The position numbers and the translations under genes are program-made. A DNA stretch of 64,000 bases from positions 982,570-1,046,569 of the forward strand of contig CAJFCJ010000019.1 in NCBI GenBank assembly GCA_904063045.1. Reading direction: 5' to 3'. The notes beneath the pieces were generated by a model. It had not been told where the DNA came from and searched no databases. It saw only the letters and a program-made list of their open reading frames with translations. Shown here one piece after another: positions 1-12,435 of the stretch; the stretch's first letter is position 1, and the number at the start of each line of letters is the position of its first letter. The DNA is from Dimorphilus gyrociliatus. Taxonomy: Eukaryota > Animalia > Annelida.

Positions 1-2187
1 TGAGTTTACATACGTTACACCTACCTGACCAATTATTAAGAAATTAGCTTAGAAAAGCGCCATCTGTCTTTTCTACAACTTCACAACCTTTAACAAGCTA
101 AAAAGTATCTATAAATACATCAGAATAGCTAATGAGAATTTAAATAAAAGGGTAAACGAAACACTTTTTTCTCCCTCTCTCTCTTTCTCTCTCTCGCAAC
201 CATACTCCTCATTCACCCCTCCTTCTTCTCCTCCCCTAAAAGGGAGATTAAAGGCTACTTAAAGAATGATATGGCAATAGCAATTTATGACTTAGCAATT
301 AAAGGAAACTGATTTTTCTCTTTCCTCTTTTGAGCCCTTCTCCTACAAGGGCTTTAATTTCCATTCATTCTATTAAGATGTGTTAAAGTTTAACGATATC
401 TTTATTTGTTGTATACGTAAACAAGTTCTATTTAAATGATAAATCAATATAATAATATATTGGTTGGACCTAAATTAAGCCAAATACTAATACAAGTAAT
501 AAAAAATACTATTTATATTTATCAATAATACGAATGATAGGTTCATTTTTTCAAAGAAATGTTATTTCCTTCAACCTTCAACCACTACCCTCCTTCCCTC
601 TCTTCCTCGCTTTTCTCTCTCTCTCTCTTTCTCCCTCTCTCTATCAACTCCCTTTCCCCTTTTAAAGATTCATTACTAGGGAAAAAAAGGAAAAAAATTA
701 GTGTTTCTTTATAGAATAATGAATGTAATTATATTAGTTATGAATGACCTATATAAAATAAAATCGAAGAATAACTTATTTCTAATTAAAAATTGACTAT
801 TATCCACCGAATGGTGGCGCAACGACAACTCTTATATATATACAAGCCAAAAGTTTACATTGCAACATTTTTAGCGTCTTCTTCTATCAACACCTTTTAC
901 AAACTGATCCCTTTCCCATCCATCCCCTACCTTCAAGGTTGGTAAGTAGATAATATACATCAAGTATTGTTAATTATTGATATTGAAATTGTTACTTAGC
1001 TGCTTAAATTAACTTGAATAATTAATAATTAGAGAAATTTTTTTCGTTTGTCTTTGAAGAAATTAAAGTGTTTGTATTAGAAAAGCATAAGATAATCTAT
1101 TAGTGTCTTCTTATAACTTTACTAATCTCCTAAGGACAAAAATACATTAAGACATCCTCTATTTTTGCTTTCTTCTTTTGCTATCTGTATTCTGTATTCA
1201 TAGGCTTTAATTGATAAATTTTCACCTAATTCTGGTTGTACCATTTGGAAAATCATCCAAAATTAAACCCATCGAGCCGAAAAATAATAAGTAGGGCAAT
1301 ATAGGCTTGAATTTCCAGACGCTTCATCAATCCTTTGGTAGAGTTAAAGGTTCGATAAGGAAATTTACACTTTACGCTTCGGCAGAGCCAACTTCCGCCG
1401 TACAACTGCCAACGCTTTTCAAGAATACAAGGGACGATTGTAAAAGACCTAACAGCAGGACAATAACTAGCATTTTCCTTAGCAAGACAAATCAGCATGG
1501 AGCTTAACTTTAGTCAAAACTAGTCTCTATATTAGGGGCTTGTAAATTACAGCTATTTATGGGAATTTGAGCATAAGTTCGCTCTTTAATTTCAATTTTA
1601 TTCATACTATAATCAACTTTTTATTCACTTCTTCTTTCCAATATGGACGATATGAAAAATAATGTTTAACTGTATCAGCTTATTCAATAGATAACTTTGA
1701 ATAATAATATAATAGATGAATAAAAACAAAGATTAATATAGATATTATAAACTGGTAACGCTCGCTTGATGCGGTATATTCGTTGAAAGAAAAAAAACCG
1801 ATTAAAGGATTTAAAACAATAATTGATAAGGATATCCGTAATATTCTTTTAATATATGAAACAGAAATAGCTAAATATATATTGTTTTTCTATATAAATA
1901 GAAAGATACTCTATATTTTTAGTATATAAGTTAACTAGTTCTGATATAACGTTAGCCAGTACCAACATTAAGTGCCTTTTATTGTAACGGTTGAGAGTTA
2001 TACTAATGAAATCATAGGCCTTTTAGACAAAATTTTTTACTAAATCGATAAACCATCCTGTTGGGAGGATAGGATGGTTGATCGTTACGTTCTATTTACT
2101 TTTTTTTATGAATAGAGCTGTTACTATAGGTAAACATGGTAAAAAAAGAGTAAGTGTAAAATTTTACAAAAATATACGCGAGCGAAA

Positions 2188-2290
2188 GAGCAAAGAGAGG
2201 AAGGGAGAGAGAGAGAGCGAAATAGATAGAGAGAAAGAAAGATAGAAAGAAAGAGAGAGAAAGAGAAGGAGAGAGAGAGAGAGAGAGAGA
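2188..2290. repeat. Imperfect (GA)n microsatellite
   Basis: Direct inspection. Confidence 0.85.
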
Positions 2291-3252
2291 TGACTCACGA
2301 CGTTAAGTAGAGAGAATAAATGACTATAATGTCTAGTAGTTGTAAAGGTGGAAGAGGCTTGTTTCTGTTATTTTCTTTAATAATTTCTTACTTTGTAAAA
2401 TGTCATTTTGGACAGGTATGGAGGAAGTTTCATCAGTTTTCCTTTTTATACTCATACTGCTTACGTTTAAGAATGTTCTATCAACCTTTTATCTTTATTA
2501 TTATTAATATTATTTTTAAAGGATGTTAATTAAGAACTGCGCTCATAAATATCTTAAGATTTAGGCAAACGTCTTCGTATTTAAATTGTTGTTTGTTTAT
2601 GATTCTGCGCAACAGCTTTATCGATGGGTGAAAGATAAAGTAGTTAGTTAGGCTACAACCGTCTAAATCAAATATCCTCATTCTATTCATGAAGACGCCA
2701 ATAGCTATTTGGGATACTATTTAGGAAACAATATGTTGTACGTTAGAAATACAGTAGTTTCCATAATTAGTGCGAGTCTGTTAATTGGTTTTAAGTGAAT
2801 ATCCTTGAGATAAGCTCTGTCTGTAGGAGATAATTACTAAATATGAGACAATAAATAGTCATCATTTTCAAACGGGCTAGTCGACGTCATACAAAACCTA
2901 ATTCGCGACAACGCATTAGACGTCAAAGCACCAAAGTCCCGGGGAATTTTCCCTTAGCTAGTATACCAAGTATATAGAAGCGACCGGGCGTCTACCAAGT
3001 AAACATAAGCGCGCCAGGGAAAATCATGACCTTTTACGTCTTATTACACAGCGTGACTTTTTTTCTTGCCTCTGTTCTCCGTCCCTCTATCAATCTGCTT
3101 TCTCAATTTATATGCCTGTTTTCTAGCTCTCTCTCTATCTATCTATCTCTCTTTCTTTCTCTCTATCTTTCTCCTTTTTCTTCCTCTTCTTCTTTTTTCC
3201 TCTCTAACAAAATGCTCTTTTTTGTATTAGACAATAGGAGAAACAAAATGAC

Positions 3253-3769
3253 ATGACGAATAGGACGACTACTCCCGCCAGGACGACTACTCTACCGTTT
3301 CTAATCTATGATCCCTGGACTGGAATAAGGACTGCTTTGGCTCTTGGTTCCTTCCTACTTCTAATTACAGGCAAGGATACATCATATTATATACATAGAC
3401 TTTTTAGATCGTGTTCACATAGCGCCTTCTACGATAAGGCTCTTTAAAAATCATCAACTAGAGGGCAGTTTTCACATATCAGAGAAGGTCCTCGTCGTTA
3501 AAAAGAAATTTTCTCGCACTTCCGCAGGTTACATAGCGTATAAGAGCCTAAGGCGGGACGATGACCAACAGGAGGATAAATATTTACAATACTACAGGAG
3601 AAAATATAGAATTGTCGCTCATGCTCAAGCAAAGGCCTTATCAATGCCACTAAGGAAACCGGAAGCGAAAGAGACGACGGTAAACTGGATTAAAAATCAA
3701 TCGGACGCTGCTCCGCGTCGAGCTTGGTCTACTCAACAGGGGCATCCTTCAGAACAAGTTGCTAAATAG
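3253..3769 (+). CDS. Small single-pass membrane protein (119 aa), two exons 3253-3370 and 3528-3769 joined by a GC-AG intron; family not recognised
   Basis: Exon 1 reads MTNRTTTPARTTTLPFLIYDPWTGIRTALALGSFLLLIT, then donor AG|GCAAG (3371) and acceptor ttccgcAG|GT (3527). The phase-1 join gives one hydrophobic segment (ALALGSFLLLITGYIAY) followed by basic KSLRR, and the frame stays open to TAG at 3767-3769. Confidence 0.62.
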
Positions 3770-4280
3770 CCTCCTCATATATTTATTCAAATAGAAAGAG
3801 AAGAAAGTCTTTCATAACATATTTAGAGAGAACAAAATTAATAAGGCTTTCTTACTATTAGCATTTAAAAGTAGAAAGTCGGCTTTAAAACGGGTGTGAG
3901 CCGTATTTCGTAAGCATTATAGGGTAAAATTAGAACACTAGAGGTTCCATTAAGTAGCTTAAATAAGCAAAATAAAGGTCTTTTCGAAAAAGTTCGTGTC
4001 CTACTCGCAGATAGTTTCAAAACGGATATATTCCGTTTCATCTACAGGATATCATTAGTTACAACGGTATCGTTTAACAGAATCTGTTTTATATTATTAA
4101 TAACATAAGTTAATTAGGATTAACAATTAATTTAGGCCTTAGGGATATTTGTTGCGTTTATTAGGTTAACTATAGCTAAGTTTATCATTTCAAGTTGGGA
4201 AACATTTATACTATTTTCCATTGACAATTTAAATATTTTAATCAATTTAACGTTTATTCTCTCTATCTCTCCCACTTTTT

Positions 4281-4397
<117 letters not shown>

Positions 4398-7034
4398 TTA
4401 TTTTTTTCTATTTCTCTTTTCTTCTCCCCTTTTTTTATTACTAAGCAAACTATTTACCAAAAGTAATAACAAAAAAAAGGTAAAAGGAAATAGATTATTG
4501 CGACAGTCTGAAAGATGCCCCACATTCTAGGCGAATTGTCCGTGTCAAAGTAAAACGAGCCCCGGTAAATCGCTGACTGAAAACACCGAAAGCGAAAGCC
4601 AAATATTGCGCTGCATTGACAGTGACGATGAGTTTAAGGTAAACCAACCAGATAACTTGCATAACGTTCTTATACACGAGGAAAAAACGCAAGATGGCGC
4701 TATGAGCCAGGAGGAAGAACTTCAACATTTGTGTTCATTCGGTAGTCCAAGGCGTCAAATAGAAACATTAATATAAGAATTTACAGAAAAGCAAAATGAG
4801 AAAAGACAATAGGTGACTACGGACCAAAGTAGAAGAAAGAAAGATGTACTTTTGTTTTTTATCCTAAGAAGATTAAATGTATAGTTCTTTTTGGGAAGGA
4901 AATTCTAAAGAAGATGATGAAGAAGAAGAGAAATGATAAAAGGAAAAAAAAAACAAACGAAGGAACCTTTTTAAAAATATCAAAAAATCTACAACAAGAA
5001 CAAACATTTTGACTATTTAATAGACATTTTTTCATATTGGGTAGCATAGCGGAAAATCGCTAACAAAAACTGCAATACAAACCGGTTATTATCTGCAACC
5101 ATAGTTGAATAAATAATTTAAATATATTCCGCCAATCAAAAAAAAGATATAGAAATAAGGAAAAATAAAAAAACAGATATATCGATTCAACGACAACCGA
5201 TTTTTCCGGTTAAAAAATTCTTAATTTTTGAGTTAAACGCACGCGTCAAAAAGAGCTAATTGATACACGACTCCCTTTTATCGAACGATTATCGATTTCA
5301 CTTTTTGATCGAATTACTATAAAAGTCTCGTTTAAAGAGTTGAAAGAGTTTAGACGATAACCTAGCTCATACTCCTGGATTTTAAAAGTTAACGGTAGAA
5401 ATTTTTATTATTATTACTATTTATCCTCTTCTCACTTCATCTTCTCTCTACGATAAAGTATAGTATAAAACTTCTGTCAAAGTTGTATACTGTACATTTC
5501 AAAGAGAAATAGAGATAATAACGAAGACAACTGATGATAAGAAGTATATTATATTCGTATTAACAACAACAAAAAAAAAAGTTATGACAGATTAAGTAAA
5601 ATCAGCAGAAAAATATAAATAGGCATTATTTAATAATCTTCATTTTATGATTGAATTTTTAAGTGAACAGACAAGGGAAGAAAGAGTAGTTAAAATTATA
5701 TATGAACAAGACTGAAAGAGTAAACAGTTTACTGTGGGCGGATTAGAAAGAAAGGAGAACTTGGTACGTTACCTTCTCTCTCTCTCTCTCTCTTTCTATT
5801 TCTCTCTTTTACAGTTAAAAGAGAAATATAATCAGTTATAATTACAACACCATTCGTTCTACTAGTATAATCGGAATGGAATTCGAAATTCAATATCAAG
5901 TGAGTAGGTTTTTTCTAGTTTATTCGCCAAAAAAAACCAATTTTATAAAGATCTATAAACTTTATATCATAATGTTAGCTTTTTTAATGAACTGTACGAA
6001 ATGACTTATGTCATATCGAAAAAAGAATTTCAAAACTTTAGTTTTCTTACTTCTTCTTCTCTAGTTTTTTTTTTAAATCTAATGTAGGCCTGATAAAAGA
6101 GAGATAAGACGAACAAATATGTCGATTATACTGAAGCATATGTAAAGATTACCAAGTACTTTCCTTCCCAAAAAAAAAAAAAAATCAATGTATTTCGTAA
6201 TCGGTTGTCTCTTCGTAGTTTACATTTTACCGATTAGTACAAACAGTATTATACCACTTTTTTATTATCTTTCTCTCTCTCTCTCTGTTTTTATTCAGTT
6301 TGATCCAATAAAGAATATTTTTTGTTTTTAATCCTACATGACAACTTATGGTGTTTTCTCTCTTCCCTTTATTTTTCTTTCATTCTTTCTTTCTTTCTCT
6401 TTCTATTTAGGCTTGGTAAATCGTATATTGTATAAGGAACTTATTTATACGTGTGTATCATATATAGTATAAGTATTATTATATTAATTTGATAGTCGAA
6501 TTGAATAGGAGATCGAATATTTACAGTTTTGTTGAGTATGAATATCACCTGGATAATTTCGATACCCAACCGGAACGATATAACGAATGTCGTTTCTTAT
6601 AATTACAACGCAAATTTTGTATATTGAAATATCAACCATTCATAAAGTATTTTCCAGTCAAAGGCGTCTATTGAACGCCTCCAACTAGCACAATAGAAGG
6701 CCAACAACAGGCCTTCTATCGGATCGAAGTAAAACTATATAATATTCCTTTCCTAGTGCAATAGTTTAGTTGGTCTTTTGCAGTTAGCATTTCCGTTTTC
6801 TCGTTATCTGAAGGTGTTGATTGGTTTTCTTGAGATTTCAATTCAATCTCCGCCCCCTTTGGCTAATCTACTTTTCCAAGAGGGCGGTCTCATTGTCATT
6901 AATTCTTCTTTTGTAATGAATGAAGAAATTGGAAAAAAAAAGTGGTTAGCAGTTTGGGATTAGCGTGAGAAAAAGTCTTCTCGCCTTTGATTATTGATCG
7001 AATAAGTTTTATTATCACGTTTATCTATAATAAT

Positions 7035-10000
7035 ATGAAGTACTCGTTCAATAACTCGACTACTTTCGACATGGCTTGTTCGCTAACCGATACGGGTATT
7101 GTGGAGGATATTCATAGTACGAACTCAACTCCTCGTGTTCGACAGGTATCGAAACGGAAAGAAACTGGAATATCCTCCAGCAAATGGACTAATATTGCAA
7201 CTAGCGTCGATGCAAAGACCGTTAAACTACCTAGGATAATTGTTAGGGATGTAAGCGGAAGAATATTGGATACCGAAACATCCTATCAAAAAGCCATCGC
7301 AGAAGCCCGTTATAGGATCAGTGTAGGAGATTGTGTTCCTCCCGATCCCGAACAGTGGAGACTTCCGAATGGACCATTACCAGCCAGACCCGACTACACT
7401 AGGAAATGCCCTCCCCTACTTCGACCACAATGGAGAAATTTTCAAGATTTAAAGAAAAGAGAATTACAATTGTCTTTACCAGACAATTTTAAGGTAACGA
7501 TATTAATTAATTCAAATTGTTCTATAATCCATCATTAATTTTATTAATACGCTAGTCAAGAGCTAATTAATCCGGTTTATACTTTCCTTCTAGCTACAAT
7601 AACAGGTTTTGAATTAGAGGAAGCAATTATTAATGTAGAATATAGGACTAAGATTATTGCTATGTACCAAACCTGATTCATATTACGTTGAATGGATTAA
7701 TCGATTATTGTTTAATTAACAGTGAGGTGATAAGTCGTTTAGATTAAAAATTAAAATCTAATATACGTTGCAAAGTATATGAAGAATTTTATATAAAATT
7801 CTTTTCATTGTATATATCACTAACAACTTCCACGGAAGTCGAATGAATACTCTCTATTTATATAGTATATGAACCTATTTAGTATATATTGTTATTAGTT
7901 TTATATATAGTATAAAGATATATATATTAATATACTGTATATAAACACAAGATTTGACCCTTTATTGTCGTATTATGTTCAACAATACCGTAATTTTTGA
8001 GATTAAGTCAATTGTAAAGAATCAGTTGGTTTTAATATAAATACACTGTATCTAGGTTAAATAATGAAGAGGAGAATAGCGACGAAATATCAAAAAATAC
8101 CTAAAATAGACTATATTTTCATCAATTTAAATAATGAATTCAACGATCAGGTTAATTTTCTATTTATATTCTACAGATTAATTTAAATTAACCAGCTTCG
8201 ATAGTCTCTAAATCCTTTTTGTAAACTTTTAATAGAACAGCGTATTTTGTTCTCTTCCACCATTTTAGTTTTATGTTTTTTTTATTAAAAAAAACACACA
8301 CACACACACACATTCACATAAAAAACGAAAATGATCTGTTCCTAATAATTATTGATTGAATAAACTGATAATTCTATTATCACATAGGAATCTTTAAGGT
8401 CTGATGAATATGAAGATCCTATTATTCAAAGGTACGTTATAGTTTTTGCTTAATCTTTTCTATATTGTTATTAATATTGATATCTCACTATGCTGTTTTT
8501 TAGAATATCTGTGGAGGATGGTGAATCACTTCCAGTTTTAGCTAACATTGAATGGTTAAGAAGATATCTTCGCGATCCTAAGGGACAGGGGCACTATGAT
8601 CCAACATTCCTACCCTTCGTTGGCTTGGCTCCGACGGAAGAGAGATCGTTGCTCGAAACGGAAAGGAGGGAGCCCGATCTACCAATGCCAAAATTCTGTT
8701 ACGGGTGCCGAAGAACAGGTCTTTGTTATGGGTGTGAAAAAGGCTTCCATCCGCAGTAAATGCTTCTTTTATTTTAGATATAATTCAATACCTAATTAAT
8801 TAGTAGGTTAGATAGGTAAAAAGAATAAAGTATTATATCTATATATATTACTCATGAGGGAGAGAGAACTCTTCTCATAAATTTATAAAATATTTCATTC
8901 ACGTTTTCAAAAGCTGTTAATATTTATAGATTTTTTGAGAACAAGGATATTTAAATTTATCATTTAAGAACAATGTAATTATCTATTCTTTTATCTTTTT
9001 CTTTTTAGCGTACACTCTGATCGCCCTGTTCGAACTGGAGGAGGTTTTACATATTTTAAAAGAGACGTTCCTTCATCCGAATTGACTGGAAGGAATCCCC
9101 TCTATTGGAAAGTTGCTTATGGCCCTCCGCCTATGTATGTTTTCTACGACGGTTAGTTGAAAGTTGTTAAATTATTAATAAGTGACATTCTTTATCTATT
9201 CTAAAAATCTAAGAATTTTCTATTGTGTTTTCGCCCCCTCTTCCCTACGTTCAAGATAAGAGAAGAGTACAGGAAAACATCGATGAATTCAATAGTAGAA
9301 TGTCTCTACGAACAAGAAGAATTGAAGAGGAATCACCGCTACTGACAAGATCGGATATGAGGGCTCCAAGTCCTGAAGACTCCTACGAAGAATATACTGA
9401 TAGGGATTCGGGAAAAGGAACAACTCTAGACGAAATTAATAACAAAAGCTTGGATAAGGATAGTAATTCGACATGTAAGTATGATATACAGTCTATATAA
9501 TTGTCCTGTTCAGAAAGTATAACTTGAAGTTAAAGAGCCTATTATTGATATTTTTGTCGATAATAGGAGGAGCTGAGACTTTTCTCTCTTTCTATTTTAT
9601 CGTATAAAGAGATCAATTTATTACTCCTACCTATCCAATCAAACATTCCTTTTTTTCTTGTATGCTTATTTTTAACTAAAAAACATAGACATATCTTTGT
9701 AAATGACACCGTGCAAATATTATATTTATCTTTTGCTTTACTATGTATAAAAAAGAAGAACGAATTTATTAAATTACAATATAAGGTCTTTTAAAAGTAA
9801 TCAAACATAATTAACTAATCCCTTTTTGTAATATTATTATTTACTTTTATGGCTTTTCTATATTCTTTCTTCTTGTTTTTAATCTATCTCCATCTTTTCT
9901 ATTTCTTCGTTTTGTCTATAATTATATATAAATCCATTCACTTTACATTATACGTTGTCTCTTTTTTTTTCACAGTCCGACTAGGCCCAATTTCTCAAGG

Positions 10001-12397
10001 TATTAAAGGTAAAAATCATAAAATAATACGAACAAGGGAATTTATATAATTGTTATACTTTGGCTTTTCACTGCTTTATTAAAATAAAGTGCCAGGCGTT
10101 CACGATGATGCTTCAGAAAGTGGTATTAGCGTCACTTCTCACCATCAAACTTCTCGATTACCGGTCTTGTCCGGTTCGTAATAGAAATTTCTGTTAAACG
10201 CTTGTTTAAATATTGATTATTGATTTTTTTTTCTTTTATTCTTTTAGAAGATAGAACCGAATCCGAAAGTGGTATTGATACAGGAAGGAGCGGAAAACAT
10301 TCTGGATTATACAAAGGTACATGACAAAAAGAGAAGGATAACAGTTAAACATTTAATATAGACAACAAAATTCTATCAATAATCATTTAACATCATTTCT
10401 CTTTTTTAGATATGTAAAGCGTTTTCTCTCTTTTATTATATCTTATTACGTTTCTCCTTTACAGCTCCTAAAGCTTTTACTCCGAAGAGGAATAATAGAA
10501 AGATTACATCGGGTCGTAGTCCATTTTCTGAAGAAAGAGATTTTAATTTCGAATATGGAGATGGTATTAAGATCAAGAAGAGTGATAAGGAAACTACGAA
10601 ATTCTTGGAAATCGACAGGGGTGATGACTCTTGGAATGTTGGTTCTAATTAAATATTTTTTTAATGTTTTCTTGATTTATATATGAAAGAAATGTTTCGT
10701 ATTAAACAGGAACCTAAAAAATTCGAGACTAAAAGTCGAGAATCAACATCAATAAGTACCGGCGAATCAAAACGGAAGAAGGAAGGAAAACATACTCCTC
10801 AAGTAAGCGACGAATCGGAAGACAGATCAAAAAGGTTTGTAAAGATAAAAAAACACCATAGATTAGCAGGATATCTCTTCGCTTTTATAAAGTAGATGGG
10901 GTTACTAGTAGTATTATACTCTAAGACCTAAGTAAAAGCAAAATAATAACAATTTATAATAGCTTCCTTCCAAAAATATTTTATAATAAAACTTTAAAGA
11001 ATAAGGCAAAACAAACTACTTAGAAGTAAAAAAGAGAGAGTTTTATGTGTATCGTATTCCTAAAATAATATTATTCCATATAGAATGAGTTAATTAGATA
11101 TTGAACAGAGTTCTTATAATATTTTCTTATATCTGCTAGAATAAAAAGGGACAGTCAACCATCACCTGTTAAATCGGATAGGCAACACTCAAAAGATGGT
11201 AAGTGATAGATTTTTTTATATATACTGTATATATTAATATATATTATAATTATATAATATTCAGTAATTTATAGATATCCACCTCTTTTATATTCCCTTT
11301 TAATCAATGATTATAATTCATCTTAAGGAAATTCGTTAATTAATCCAATAGTATTATTTTATAATGGTAACGTTCTCGTGTATTTTTATTATTAGTTCTT
11401 TTTTATTTGAAGTTCTTTCCTAAGCATTTTAATGAACATTCCTTGTAAACGTTTAAACTGAGATAATCGATTTTACATTGATTATTGGATAGCGTGCGAG
11501 AAATTCTTTTTTCGTTTTTGCGCCTCTCTTTCTCTTAGTTTTTATGGACGATTCGGACGTCTAATAGTTCAAACATTGTTTAGAAGTGGACAACTATTCG
11601 CGATCGAAGAGTAATCTTTCGCGATCGAGGAGTAGTATTAAGGATACCTCAAGCATTTTAAAACGTTCAAAAAGCGGAAATTCTGAAGATACTTTTATAA
11701 AAACATCTCAGGAAGGACGCCCAAAAAAATCGGGCGGTGATAGTGGTGGTAAAAGCGTTGAATTTCGAGGTGATTTTATTCAGCTGTTGTTTGTACTCTT
11801 TTTTTCCAGTGCTCCGGATTGTTTTTTTTTTCCTCTTCTATATTTTAATTCATTACTCTTTTCATCAATTTTTCCATCTTGAAGTGGCTTTAAAACATTA
11901 TTTTACACTTTAACATTTTTATAATCAAATTTTTGTTCTAAAAAAAGAACGTTCCATTTTCGTAAACGAATCTTAAAAAATTTTCGTAAAAAAAAAAGAA
12001 AAGAAAGCGAGCGATATTAGCAAATTACTATTTTAACTAGAAGTTTGATAATATTTAATGATTATTGTTGATTTTAAGCTTTCTCTCTTTACATTAAAAA
12101 TATTTTAAAATTACTATTAATATTTATTTATTTAAAACAAAATAGAAAGGAAAGAGAAACATAAAGATCTATTTTCATATTAATTTTTAAAGATTACTTT
12201 TAGAAAAAAGCAGAACTTTTCATTTTTAATAACATTATAAAATATTTTTCTTTGTTTTCGGTTTGCTATATAAATGAAAAGAGTTATTATTATTTATGCA
12301 AAAGATTATATGATTTGATGGTGTGGTTGTTTACATTATGATATTACTTCCCTTCTCTTTACGATTAATATTATGACAATTGTTATGGAGACGATTT

Positions 12398-12435
<38 letters not shown>

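Noticed and set aside
1375-1500. U6-like fragments CGCTTCGGCAG and ATCAGCATGG
   Set aside because: The spacing and intervening sequence do not match U6 and there is no ACAGAGA box; coincidental.
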